Notes: generated by a model not told the origin, from the letters alone. A stretch of DNA of 64,000 nt from Selaginella moellendorffii (GCF_000143415.4 NW_003314266.1:1386463-1450462); one strand, 5' to 3'. Numbered from the stretch's first letter, positions 38,614 to 51,951 are shown. Translations and numbers: made by a program.

Positions 38614-40938
38614 TTAAACGTTCAAACCAATGTCCTTGCCAACTTGGAGCTTCCTCATGTTCCAATAGAGCCCCTCCTTGACGCCCTCAAGAAAAGCATT
38701 GGTAGACTCGAGCGTGCACGCAGTGGGGACCGGCCACGACGAGAGGTGGCACACGAGCGCGTCACCACAGCCGAGCTGGAGCCTCTCTCGCCCATCAAAC
38801 GAAACCCAGGCATCGCCGCGGCTCTTCTCGGGCACCTGGACTCGTAGCGTTACGTGCTCGGGGAGGATAAGCGGCCGAAACGAGAGGGAATGCGGGCAAA
38901 TTGGAGTGAAAAGCATTGCCGCAACCTGGAGAACAAACGCAAAGAATCAAAAGGAAAACCTACCATGAATCAAAACTTTCAAGTTACCTGTGGATGCACC
39001 ATCGATCCTCCTGCTGATAACGAGTAGGCTGTGCTTCCCGAGGGCGTGGAGAGGATGAGGCCGTCGCCCTGTACGTTTGTGACGAAGATGTTGTCGCAGT
39101 AGCACTCGAGGTTGGTTAAGAAGGAGGACATCCCCCTGTCGATGGCGACCTCGTTGAGGACGATGTAAACTTCCTCTCCGGCTTGTTTCTTCCTGCTCTT
39201 GGAGCTGGAGCTGTGGCGAATGATCCGACAGTGCAAGCGGTGGCGGATGGTGATGTATGCGGGGCCTTTCATCACCGAGAGGAGGCATTCTCTGTAGCTT
39301 TCACTCTCTTTTTTTGTTGGTACCAGAACAGTCAAGGAGCTTCTCGATGAAAACTGGAAGGAAAAAATGGTGTAGGATACGAAACGGAGTCATAAAGCCG
39401 AGCGAGCCCATTGCAAACGAGACCACCGGCGGGACGGGGCCTCTAAACAACGACGCAGCCTGCAAAAGAGATGGAGGTTGGATCATATGTAATGTTTCAG
39501 AAAATCATTCGCTACCCAAAGCACGGTGCCATCTCCGCCGAGGGTGACGATGAGGTCGATTTTGTTGTGAAGAAAGCACAGCTCCTCGTCTACAAAAGTT
39601 GCATGAAAAGAAAACGAAGAACACGATTTTTTTACCACTGTCCCACGTATGAAGGAAAGCCATGGACAAGTCGTCTGCAAGCATCTCTCTCCTGACGCGG
39701 GGTTCTACGTAGATTGACAAGCTCACGCTGTGCAGCCACCTGATAAAATAGCATACATTCAATCAAATAAAAACTTACTTAAACGAGAGAGATGGAAGAG
39801 ACTCACAGTATCATTTCCTTGCAGAGATCGTGAACTCGTTTGCAGTTTGGTTTTGTTAGGATGCAAACGCATTGAGGGGGCGAATCCCACACAAGAATTA
39901 TCTGCAATCACGAGAAAAGAAACATTAAAATCAGATTTGGCACACATTTTCCAATGCAAAAACCTGTTTGTTTTTGCAAGTCGGAGTGCTGATGTTGCCG
40001 CTCTCAAACGTGACAACGTCTTGCTGGTATTGCGTGCTTTTGTTCCCCTCGCTAATCCACTCGAGTCTGAAAGACACCTGCACCAAAGGATAAGAAAAAA
40101 AAGCTTCCATTTATCATTGCTAGATCGATTTTCCTCTATAGCAACGAATGAATTAACACTCACCTTACCATAACTTGGAGGCTCCAGATGCTGGACAACA
40201 GTCCGATAGTCGTAAGAATAGCTGCTGGCCGGAATGCTCTTGCTCCTCAAGGCTTTCTGGCTGTAGAGACCTTTCCTAAGTGAAGGAGCGGCGGCTGCTA
40301 CCACTTCCACCGGCTGGAGTACTCCCACTCCCGGTTGGATCACCGCAGGAATCACTGCTCCTCCCGGCTGGACAAGTTGGTGCGACTCGGGACGGTAAGT
40401 TACGATCTCCTCTTGTCGTACAACTTGGCCTCCCACGGATTCTGGGAAAGATCATACATGCATGCCAGAGGATGAAACGAATGAACCTTGTGCAAGACGA
40501 TACCTTGGACAACCCTTTCGGTGCGATGGATTTGCAAGTTTTGGAGATCCTCGTACTTCTTCCATTTCTCGGCCTCTTCCTCGGCATGGACTTTGCTGTC
40601 GATAACTTGCTGCAGTGCTCGCGCAGCAGCTGGAAAAATGAAAGAAGAAAACAAAAAAAAGTTCTAAGAAAGTGAGATCTACAGAGACTCACTTTGGAGG
40701 ACCTCAGAAACCTTGACGAGCCGAGTGTTGGTATCGTGAACGGCTGCGCTAGTCTCAGCGAACCGCTCTACCTCTTGCTCGGTGGTCACAAATGTGGGCG
40801 CAATTTGTTCCTCCACGCGCCGCACCGAGCCTGGGACGCCGCCACCCTCTGGCACAAACTTCAGCGAAGAAAAATATCAGCACACAAACGATCCAACAAA
40901 ACCCAACTCGCGCCAACAAAATGCGTTGCCTTCTCCAT
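38614..40938 (-). CDS. NADK1: NAD(H) kinase, NADK1-like (multi-exon; start codon uncertain)
   Basis: Exons encode [73 protein letters not shown] and [17 protein letters not shown], plus an N-terminal EAEKWKKYE and [11 protein letters not shown] as in plant NADK1. Confidence 0.92.
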
Positions 40939-41166
40939 TCAAACTGTTTTAGGGCTTATGTGGAAATATAAATTGGTTTGTTGGTAAAGTTTAATATTAA
41001 TAATTTTGTTTATCAGTAATATAAATTGTGCTTACAATCCATGAGTAAATTTTGAAGAGGATTACCCCATGAATCGATTTTATTAAAAGTTCATTCTCAC
41101 CAAGAGTTGAAATATATGCCTCACCTCCACCAATGTGAGTGTTTGGAATATAAAAATAGGTATATC

Positions 41167-44100
41167 AATTGAAGTTTAAACCCTTGCTTATATACAAGAA
41201 TGGATGGATTAAATTCAATCCTAAATAGATGGTCCATCTGCTATATTATTACAATTTATGTATTACATAGCTAAGGTAATACATACATACATACATACAT
41301 ATATACATATATATTTATATATGTATATATACCATGTATACATATATAACCCTAAATCCTAAACCATGTATGTATATATACATGTACATTACCACATTCA
41401 TTAAGTAAAGGACCATATGTAATGCAAATGCCTTTTTGGCAAAAGCTCTAGGTTAGACTCTAGTGGCTAGAAATATTATGAAATTCCTATTAAAGATTAG
41501 ATTAGTTATAGATTAAAGATTTTATTATATTCATTTTCTAATATAACGTTGCTAATGAAGATATATAAAATCTAATTTAATTTATTTAAAAATATAATTT
41601 TATATTTTAACTTAATAATTGATAAGATAAAAAAAATTTAAAAAATTTAGAAATATTATATAGAATATTCTTTAATAAGTTAATATATTAAGATCCTAGT
41701 TCTCAAGTTGAACTATGTTGGTTGATGCGAAAAAACTTTTGACAAAATAAATGATAATAGCATTGTGTTATGAAACATAATAATCTTGCATGGAAATATC
41801 TCACATACATTATGATTATAGAGTTTAAGGTAACCACATTCATTAGGTAAAGGACCATATGTAATGCAAATGCCTTTGTGGCAAAAGCTCTAGATTAGAC
41901 TCTAGTGGCTAGAAATATTATGAAATTCCTATTAAGATTGCTCTAATTTTGTATGCCAAGAGTTGTATATATGGAGAGTGCTCTCCAAGGACTATGTTAT
42001 AAACATCATAAAAGGAATTAAAAATTAGTGGCTAAAGCTTAGATACAATTATTAATCTTCCTATCATATCTGATTGAAGGACATCCAAGAGAAAGGTAAA
42101 ACCCCTAAAGCCACCTAAAGCATATTGCAATTTATCCCTAAAGGGCAATGCTTTGCTCTAGTGTTCAGAATTGTGCTTTTTTTTCAATTTCTTAATTCTC
42201 TTTTAAATATAGATTTGTATTGGCTTTTTGCAAGATCTAGAATTTTAGCTATTGTTATGCTTATATATGCTCTTTCTTTTTATCTTCATTGCATTTTCTT
42301 CTTTTACCATGCCATGCCATCATTGATTATAGAGTATGTCACTTGAAGCTGCTAATATTATTCCATTGGATTGAGTTTTTAGTATTATGGGATGTGATCA
42401 TATTGGTGTTACACCCATTCTTAGTTTGTTGTTGTCTTCAACTTCCATGGAATATAATTACATAGTTGTAAGCAATTAAAGAGAATAACTTAAGAGAAGA
42501 TCCATAAGAGTTCAAATATAAAAGAAAAAAGTTAATGAATAATAATGCACCCTTTTTTTAATTGGTTAAGAGTTTTAAGATATTTAGGGTAAAATGTCTT
42601 TATACTTGAGTAATACTGAGTTGGGTGACTTCTTCAAAAATCTAAATTCAAGAGCTTACAATAGTTAGTCATATTCTTGGTGTTTTACCATCTCCTTTTG
42701 ATGTAGAGCATGATCATGACATCAATTATCAAGTTTAAAGGAAAGTAATGTTTACAAGCTTGAATGGATTTTGGATTATAATAAGGAACTTGATTATTAT
42801 AGAGATAGTTTTGAAGATGAATTAGAAATTTCACAAGGTAGGTGTCAATCCTTTAATTTACCATTTAATTCTTTCTTTTTACCTTTTATTCTTTCCCAAC
42901 CTTTTTTTATTTCTCGGCTTAAGCTACCTTCTCAATATCCTAGTGTTCCTTCTTCATTTGCAATGTTTCCTTCTCCTAACACATTGATCATTTCTGACTT
43001 TTATGATTTTTATTCACAATTTACTGTTGAGTTGAGTGTTTTTTATCTTTTTCATACTAATCTAGATGTTAGGTATATATGTAAAGCTAAGAATCTTGTT
43101 TTTGTTTCTTTTGTAGAAAATTGTAATATTGAATATTCCCTTATTCCAAGCGACAATTTCACGATAATTTCAATTTCATGACAATTTCCAAGCGACAATT
43201 TAGTGACAATTTCAAATTGTCCCCAATTATGAATACTGTTCAAAGTTTTTGTTTTATCATTGTTTTATATATTCCTTTAAAAGTGTACACTTTGCAAAGT
43301 GAAATTAAACATAGATGGTGGAATGAGAATGACTGCAATGAGTCTGAATGAAGCTAATGCTTTAAAACTTTTTTTCCTTAAAAGAGGGGATAAAAAGGAT
43401 GTGAAGGATATATGGAGTGAGTCCAACCTCCCATATGTAGAATAAAAGTCATGAGTTTGAGTTAATATAGATTTTGGATGTTGACTGAAAAGAAGATGTA
43501 AAGGCAAGTTCTATTTATGGTTGTGAGTGTAACTTAACAGTGGTTTTGGAGAATTATTGACAAGTAAATTTATACATATGATGTATCATTTGTTATAATG
43601 GCATTTCATAGACTATAGTGGTTCTTAAAGTCCTTTACTTTGGTTCAAAATTATAGTTTTGAGATTGGTTTAAATATTTGCCAGCTACACATAGAGTTGC
43701 AATTAATTTATCAGAATTCCATAACCAACTAATGTTTATCCCAGGGCTTTGGGTTTTATTTCAATCACAATTATAAGTAACTTTGTTAGTAGTTTTATGG
43801 GAGTTTTAGATTCTTATAGTAATCTATAATTATTTAGTAAAAGTTTTAGATGTTCCACCTCACTTATTGTTATCACCTTTTCATCTTCTAAGGGAGAATG
43901 GTATAAAGTTTATAAGTATATATATGTATATATATGTATCATCTTGGCTAGGTAATACATAAATTATAGTATTATAGCAAATGGATTATCTATTTAGGAT
44001 TGAATTTGATCCATCCTTTCTTGTATATAAGCAATGGTCTAAACCCCAATTCAAGAAATCACAATATAACATTAATAAAAATATTTTAAAAAATCTTTTA

Positions 44101-45105
44101 AAGAAAACTAAATATTGAGCTTAGCACAATAAATTATTTTATTAATTAATGCTTAGAGCATGAAGAATTGCAGAAATAAGATAAATTAAAATTATTAAGA
44201 CTCATCTTATTGATATTATAGTGGGAAGTTGTGCCATACATCATAAGAACACTTTTTATTTGTCAAAGATTCAAGGATTGTGCATATAATATTGGTAGAA
44301 CACAATCTAAATACTCCAACCATCATCTTATCCATAATATATAGCCATCATCCCAAAATTCTCAATTCATAAGTGGGCATCCTTTATAAGTAGCCTAGAA
44401 AATTGTATTAGACATAAAAATAAGTTGTATCTACCAAGCATAAATGAGGCACTTTGTTTGCAACTAAGTGTTGCAATCCTTAGTTTTGAGTGAATTGTGC
44501 AAACACCAAGACTAACTGTTGCTCAAGCCCATTAAGAGCTTGATCCTTACACCACCAAGAAATCAAGAACAAAAAATTACCATCAATAAAAACCATTAAT
44601 GAGAGGATCCTAAGAATAGTGGTAAACAAGATGAATTAGGATTACCAAGATTCATACTTATATATAAATATTAGACAGTCCAAATATAACCACTAAAATT
44701 GGTAAGCAACTAAAAGGAATAAGTCGAAAAACAATTTATAAGGGTTTAAATATATAAAAAAAAAGCCCATGAACAAGAGTGCACCTCATTTGAACATAAT
44801 AGTCTACTATCCAAGTGATAACACAAAATGACTAATTCACGTGAGTCACGACAATTGAGAATTCATTAATTAGTCTAACGACTAAACCCAAGGACGTAAT
44901 TGTGAGGATTTGTCTATATTCACTAATTCACGTGAGTCATGACTAATTCTAGATTAGTATGAAAAAGATAGAAAACACTCAACTCAACAGTAAATTGTGA
45001 ATAAAATTCATAAAAGTAAAAAATGATCAATGTGTTAGGAGAAGGAAATATTGCAAATGAGGAAAGAACACTAGGATAATGAGAAAGTAGCTCAAGCTGA
45101 GAAAG
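41167..45105. repeat. AT-rich block with diverged repeat pairs, probably decayed DNA transposons
   Basis: Inverted pair 41167-41310 / 43915-44051, direct pair 41391-41495 / 41833-41939, inverted pair 42910-43066 / 44948-45105, and (TACA)n/(TA)n microsatellites. Confidence 0.7.
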
Positions 45106-45828
45106 CCAAGAAGACTTCTTGGTGGTGAGTGATTTGTGGTAGTCTCCTTCAATCATGACTCACTATCAAAGTTTTAGCCTAAGAGCAAAGAAATCCTAGA
45201 AGTACCTTTTGTCCCTCCACACATTCTTCTTTTTTGTTGATCTTTTTTCTTTTCTTCTTGTGTTTGTACAAGATTAGGTATCAAATGTTGGAACCATGAT
45301 TTCCCAATTATGTACCTTGAACAGAATTGTTACCTTGCCAGCAGTATCCCACCCCAACAAGAACTAACTTGTAAGGATTAGTCCATCACTGACAAGAAGA
45401 CCAAGAAGCATGCAATCAAAAGATACAGCCATTGGACTAGGACCAGGAAAAAACCACAACTTACCTCTCTAAACTATTTATTTGATTTTAGTGTCACAGC
45501 TGCTTCCATCTCTGTTTTTTTATGGCTTTCTTCTTGGCATTCTTTCTAGATTTCTCATCTGATGAGACGTTGTAGGATTTAATATGAAGGTCTATTACAA
45601 GACCGTAGTGTGCCAAGAGAAACTAAGATTGCTTTGAAAGCATTACTTTAGCGGCATTGATGCTCTAGTACTATTTAGATTTTTTGATTATGATCTACAA
45701 GATGTGGTCTAGATCTATGTCGTGGTAACAAAGTCCAAAACATAAACGCCTTCTTTGAACATTCTAATTAAGAAATTACCAAGGTTAATGATTATATTGC
45801 TAGTACAAAAAGTATGTATAAAAGAGAA

Positions 45829-46860
45829 ATGAGAATGGCGTGGCTTATGTCGGCTCCATCATCGGTCTCATTGCCTTCCTCAACACAGAGCTCCGCGACA
45901 GTTACTCCTATCTTCTCTCCCCACATGGTCTCCGAAAACCACCTCGGCGACTCCTAGTCGACAGCTCTCTCGCGCGCCAAACTTCGGCCGAGAGCGTCGC
46001 CGAGATCTTCCGCGGCGTGCCTTTCAAGTGGGTCCGCCGGGTCGTCGAGAGCAGCAGTGGCATATCTCAGAAGCGATCTTTCACTCTGGTCGTGGCATGC
46101 ACACTCTCGTCCCCGATTACCTGGAGCACGTCATAGAGCGTCCAGAAGAAAAAGCTCTTTACCTATTTCAATGACTACTCCTAATCCGTGCCTTTCGACC
46201 ACCCCGCCACCTATGGGGGAGCTCAAGCGCAGGATCAAGGATGATCTCCTGGGATTCATGGACGGCGAGGCTTACTTCCGGAAGATCGGTCGAGCATTGA
46301 AGCGGGGATATGTCCTCTACGGCCCGCCGGGCACGGGAAAGTCGTTGCTCATCGCTGCCATAGCTCACTTCACCAGTTACGACGTCTACGCACCGACGTC
46401 AAGAACAACTTGAAGCCAAGCACCACCGATCGAGGACATCGACTGCTCGCTCAACTTGAAGAAGCGCCTGGAGCCCGAGGAGAAAACAAAGAGCAAAGGA
46501 AGGATGAAAACGAGGATGATGAAGACGAGGAGAAAAGCAAAGTTACCTTGTCGGGCCTTCTCAACTTCACCGATGGCCTCTGGTCGTCCACCAGCAGCGA
46601 GCGGATCCTCACCTTCACCACGAATCACATCGAGGAACTCGATGGGAGCATGGTTATGCACACCACCTCTCCTACTGCGATTCCGCTGCCTTCAAGGTGT
46701 TGGCTCGGACGCACTTGGACGTTGACGACCATCATCTATTTCCAAGGATCGAGGAGCTTATCAGCGAGGTAGAGGCTGGTATCGCCGAGCTTCTGATCCA
46801 GAACAGGAGCATCGCGACGAGAGAGCATGATTGCAGCTCTCAGGAACTCCAAGGCCAAGA
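45829..46860 (+). pseudogene. BCS1-like AAA ATPase pseudogene, paralog of the adjacent gene
   Basis: Fragments in shifting frames: VAYVGSIIGLIAFL, KRGYVLYGPPGTGKS, IEDIDCS, SKVTLSGLLNFTDGLWS, LDVDDHHLFPRIEEL. Several deletions. Confidence 0.88.
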
Positions 46861-46968
46861 AGGCGGCCGCAGAGGAAAATATCCCAGACACCACAACTTT
46901 AGTAGAAACGTAAAATCTATCTGATTAAACTTAGATGGACGTACCATGCAATCTTTCTCATACGAATG

Positions 46969-48399
46969 TCAGTCTCCTCCTCCGGAAGTTCTAGCTTGAA
47001 GTTCCTTGATTAGCTTCTCGAGCGCAGCATCCGGTTTGTTCTTGTACTGGATGAAAACTTCGGCTACGTCAGCAGGAGTAATCTGTACTGCTCCCAGGAG
47101 CTCTTCAATCTCCACGAACAGCTCGTGATCGTCGAGCAGGAGGTACGTTGACGCCAGGACTTTGAAAGCTTGGAAGGAGCAGTACGTCATCAGAATGTGA
47201 AAGTCCATGCGGCCAGATCGAAGCAGCGCGGGGTCGAGTTGGTCGATGTGATTTGTCGTAAAGATGAGAATCCTCTCGTCTCCGATTGACGACCAAAGCC
47301 CGTCGGTGAAGTTGAGAACTCCAGAAAGAGTGACCCTGCTTCTCTCCCTGTCGGCCTTCTCCTTCTTCTTTCTCTGATCGGCACTTGCGGCGAGTTCTTC
47401 TTCTGCGGGGCTCTCCACATCTTTCGGTAGCAGTCCACGGTTCTGTAGCTCCAGCGAGCAGTCTATATCCTCGATCACGATCACCGACTTATTCTTGACG
47501 TTCATAAGCAGCCTTCTCAGCTCGGCATTACTCTTCACTTCCGTCAGCTCCAAATCGTAGACATCGTAGTCGGTGAAGTTTGCTATAGCAGCGATGAGCG
47601 AGGACTTCCCGGTCCCAGGCGGGCCATATAGCAAGTAACCCCGCTTCCACGCCCTCCCCACTCTGTCGTAGAAGCTCTGTCCAACTTTGAAGGCATTGAG
47701 ATCATCCATGATCTTCCGCTTGAGACCGTCGTCAATAGCCATGCTCTTGAAAGTCGCGGGATGCTTGAAAGGGACATACTCCCAGGGCCTCCTTCCATCA
47801 CTTTGAGCGTTCGTGTAGAGCTTCCTGGCCCTGTTCTGGCGATCCAGCTCTTTAGCATTCTCGGCAATGTGATCCAAGTAGGCCGGTAGCAAACTTTGTC
47901 GATAGCGTCGGTGGAGCGTGAGAGTGAAGTACCGCTTCTCGTCAGACCTACTCTGGCCCCAATAAGCTGGAGAACTTCCTTTCGGCTGGAGAGGCTTGAC
48001 GCGATGCACCCACCAGAACTGGACTCCCTGGAATGTATCGACGATCTGCTCGTTGGTAGCCGGGCGAAAGCTCGGCTTCACCGCGCCCTTCGCTTTGCTG
48101 ATGGTGAGCCTTCGCGCGGAAGCGTGCTGATCGGCGGTGATGCTCGCGATATGCAGCTTCACCGCATCATAAATCTCATTGCTGTGGTTGTCGTCCAGCT
48201 CGTAGACATCCACTCTGATGTAGAAAGACACCCAAAGCAGTAGCTTTCTGACCCACTCCTGTAGCACGTACCAAATCTCTCGAGGAAGAATCGCTTGCAG
48301 GAATGCCAGCAGGCCAAGAATCGATCCCAAGTAAGCGACTTCTGAGCTGCCCCTCATGATCCCTCTCTTGAGCTCGGACGAGAAGCGCGGGATCCCCAT
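46969..48399 (-). CDS. BCS1-clade plant AAA ATPase (intronless)
   Basis: N-terminal TM segment, FKHPATF, Walker A GPPGTGKS, Walker B VIEDIDCS, TTNHIDQLDPALLRSGRMD. Confidence 0.95.
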   Translation of the reverse strand: MGIPRFSSELKRGIMRGSSEVAYLGSILGLLAFLQAILPREIWYVLQEWVRKLLLWVSFYIRVDVYELDDNHSNEIYDAVKLHIASITADQHASARRLTISKAKGAVKPSFRPATNEQIVDTFQGVQFWWVHRVKPLQPKGSSPAYWGQSRSDEKRYFTLTLHRRYRQSLLPAYLDHIAENAKELDRQNRARKLYTNAQSDGRRPWEYVPFKHPATFKSMAIDDGLKRKIMDDLNAFKVGQSFYDRVGRAWKRGYLLYGPPGTGKSSLIAAIANFTDYDVYDLELTEVKSNAELRRLLMNVKNKSVIVIEDIDCSLELQNRGLLPKDVESPAEEELAASADQRKKKEKADRERSRVTLSGVLNFTDGLWSSIGDERILIFTTNHIDQLDPALLRSGRMDFHILMTYCSFQAFKVLASTYLLLDDHELFVEIEELLGAVQITPADVAEVFIQYKNKPDAALEKLIKELQARTSGGGD

Positions 48400-48601
48400 C
48401 GAGCATGAGCAAGGAAGGAAACTGAAAGACGGAAAAGCCCCGTGAAAGTGACACAGTACGAGTGGAGTACCTAGGCAATTGAAAAGACTCGCGTTTTAGA
48501 ACCCCAAGAACATAGGTAACATCATAAATGAAATACCAGGCACCACCTACCTGGAAAGTCTTGAGCTGAGTGCCTGCCTCCCCTGCAAATTCTCGAAATC
48601 C

Positions 48602-49558
48602 TCACCGCGTCACTCCTCCTCGATCCAACTTCTCGTCTTCCTCACTGTCGTTGCTCTTGTCTTCCTCGGCCGCCACCGGCGCTAGCGACGCGAAGTGCTT
48701 GGTGTTCACTTCCTGGACGACGATCTTCCCCGTCCTGGGATACATGGTCATGATCCGGAACGTCGACTCGAGCCGGGTGCTCTTCCTGTACTCCTTGGGT
48801 AGAAAAGCCAAGTGCCCGGCAAGAGCTACGCAGTAGCCGTTCTTGGCATGCGCCACCACCGTGCCTTTGATCCACACCACCACGTCCAGCCGCTGCAAGC
48901 TCCTCTTGTAGAACCGGAAGAGCTTCGACCAAGTCATAGCAGTCCCCTCGGCCTCGCCGACGATGAGCTCGTTGTTGTCGGCTCTCACGTTGAGAATGTA
49001 GAACTTGGAGTGGACGTTGGCGGTCTTCCTCATGCTCCGGGGCATGAACGCCACGAATCCGGCGATGGAAACCGCGAATCCGCCCCTCACGACGTTGAGA
49101 ATGCTGCCATCCACCTGTGTTTTCATCTGCCAGGCCTTTTTACACTCGAGCCATAGCTGCTTCTTCTTGAGCTGCCGGTCCAGCGGCTTCATGGTGAAGT
49201 TCTCCGACCACTCCGAGTCCTCGCCCGAGAGGCGATACGGCTTGCTCGGCCCAACGCCGACGAGCGGCGCCAGCGCGCCCCGGGCCTGATTCCCCTTGGC
49301 CGAGATTCTCTGGAAAACTTCCCTGGCGTGAGAGAAGCCCGATCTAGCAGCGCAGCGCACGTACCATGATAATCTCCTCCAGATTGTCGCGGAGGACGCT
49401 CGTCGTTCGAAATTCCCGGCATTGCCCTGGATCGCAAGAAGATGAGCATCGGCAGAGCGGCGAATTGCGAAACCTCACACACCTGCATTGGGAGATCGCT
49501 TGGGAAGGAGCAGGAGCTCCCGGATCGCGCGAAGCCGCGTCGTCCTCGCCAGCGCCAT
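48602..49558 (-). CDS. rps1: Nuclear-encoded mitochondrial ribosomal protein S1-like, with two S1 repeats and a two-exon presequence
   Basis: LWLECKKAWQMKTQVDGSILNVVRGGFAVSIAGFVAFMP resembles plant mitochondrial rps1; second repeat IKGTVVAHAKNGYCVALAGHLAFLP. ATG 49558 plus two short introns gives MALARTTRLRAIRELLLLPKRSPNAGQCREFRTTSVLRD. Confidence 0.78.
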
Positions 49559-49572
49559 CGCCTAAACCCTAG

Positions 49573-50799
49573 CTAACCATAAACCCTAAATTTCGTGACT
49601 ATGGCTTGGATCACTTCTTCCTTCTGCCGCCCGCACGCTTCGATCGCTGTGGCGCGCGCGAAATCCTCGAGCCGTGAATTGTCTCGGCCAGGCGCCATGA
49701 AATGCAAGGCGGCCTGAAGCGCCAGGAACGATCCTGGCGAGACCTCGCGGCACGATTCTAGAAATTCTTCCTCTGGAATTTCCCTGTCGAGAGATCTCAT
49801 ATACGCGTGGAAATGCGAGGCTCGCAGCCATCCCCTCTCTCGCCGGCTCAATCCAGCCAGCGATTTCTCCCAGTTCTCCGTGAATTCCAGTTCTGGGTTC
49901 TCGCGCTCCAGCCTTTGCTCGAATTCACATCTCGCGCAGTGGCAGGGGAACGGGAGGATCGATCTGCGCTTACGGTAGGGCTGTAACGCGATTGCGCTCC
50001 AGTACGCCTCAAGGAGCTCGCTCCCGGATTCCAGATCGCGAGCGGCGTACGCGTAGAAGGCATTGCCGATCTTCCGCGATGAGAGATTGGCCTCGCAGCA
50101 CGAGTGATTCACAAAGCTATGGAAGGGCCAGAGACCAAAGAAGTTCCTCCCCCAGAAATCATAGCCCTCGTCCCAAGCTGGCATGGCCGAATCCTCGCCT
50201 TGATCGAATCCTCCTAGCTCCTCGCCTCGATTGAATCCTCCTCCCAGCTCGCAAGAGCTCGAATTTGGGGCAAAGACGCCCATGGGCGGCACTTCCATCT
50301 CCAGCGAGCGAGCAGCATACATAGAACTCACTTGCGCGGCAGCGCGCGAGCTCGATTTGCATCGCTCCACGACCCTGCGCAATAGCTTTTCTTTCATCCT
50401 CACAAAATCTGGATCAATCTCATCCTCTTGGAATTCCACGACCGCGGTGTTCACGAAGAGCAAATCGCCAGCGCGGGCATTTGCAGTGAGAAACACACCC
50501 CGCCCTCTTCCATCCTCGGTCTTGCGAATTTCCACCGGGCCGAGATACTCCGCGGCGTCCCTGGGAGGAATCTTATCCAAGTAGTAGTCGGAGAGATCGT
50601 GGCTCCCTCGCTCGCTTTGATCCTTGAGGAGCCGAGCGCGATCTAGCAATCCGGGAGGAGCTCCGCCGGGATCCTTCTCGATCAGCGCGAGCGCTGCTGT
50701 GTATTGATGATCGCTCCACAATGCCGCAGCCCGGGATTCTATCGATGGCGAAGAAGCCGCGTGGAAGAGCCTGAAAATCCATGGACGCGGCACTGGCAT
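49573..50799 (-). CDS. SET-domain lysine methyltransferase, ATXR1/SDG35-like (intronless)
   Basis: GPVEIRKTEDGRGRGVF, GLWPFHSFVNHSC, AARDLESGSELLEAY and post-SET FPCHCARC. The first in-frame ATG is 50799; the ORF track starts upstream at a non-ATG codon. Confidence 0.85.
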   Translation of the reverse strand: MPVPRPWIFRLFHAASSPSIESRAAALWSDHQYTAALALIEKDPGGAPPGLLDRARLLKDQSERGSHDLSDYYLDKIPPRDAAEYLGPVEIRKTEDGRGRGVFLTANARAGDLLFVNTAVVEFQEDEIDPDFVRMKEKLLRRVVERCKSSSRAAAQVSSMYAARSLEMEVPPMGVFAPNSSSCELGGGFNRGEELGGFDQGEDSAMPAWDEGYDFWGRNFFGLWPFHSFVNHSCCEANLSSRKIGNAFYAYAARDLESGSELLEAYWSAIALQPYRKRRSILPFPCHCARCEFEQRLERENPELEFTENWEKSLAGLSRRERGWLRASHFHAYMRSLDREIPEEEFLESCREVSPGSFLALQAALHFMAPGRDNSRLEDFARATAIEACGRQKEEVIQAIVTKFRVYG

Positions 50800-50983
50800 A
50801 GGCAAAACCCTAAATCTCGTGTAACCTCGTGATTGATAGAAAACGTTGTAAGTAATGAAAGAGAATTCATTTATATCTAAGCAAAGCCACATTTGTAGTC
50901 TATATATTTGTAGGTAGTCATGCAATGGACGATGATGAAAGCGCAAAACTTCAAATGGATCGACCGGTCCCCACGGCAATCAC

Positions 50984-51951
<968 letters not shown>

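Noticed and set aside
41348-41366. Interstitial telomeric repeat
   Set aside because: Only about two degenerate CCCTAAA units; other occurrences are isolated telo-boxes.
42771-45156. Similar short hydrophobic ORFs 42771-43181 and 44923-45156 as a peptide gene family
   Set aside because: The similarity comes from a non-coding AT-rich inverted repeat, and the ORF starts and ends do not correspond.
50800-50979. N-terminal extension of the SET ORF in the ORF track
   Set aside because: It starts at a non-ATG codon and corresponds to the AT-rich ARF1 3' UTR/intergenic region.
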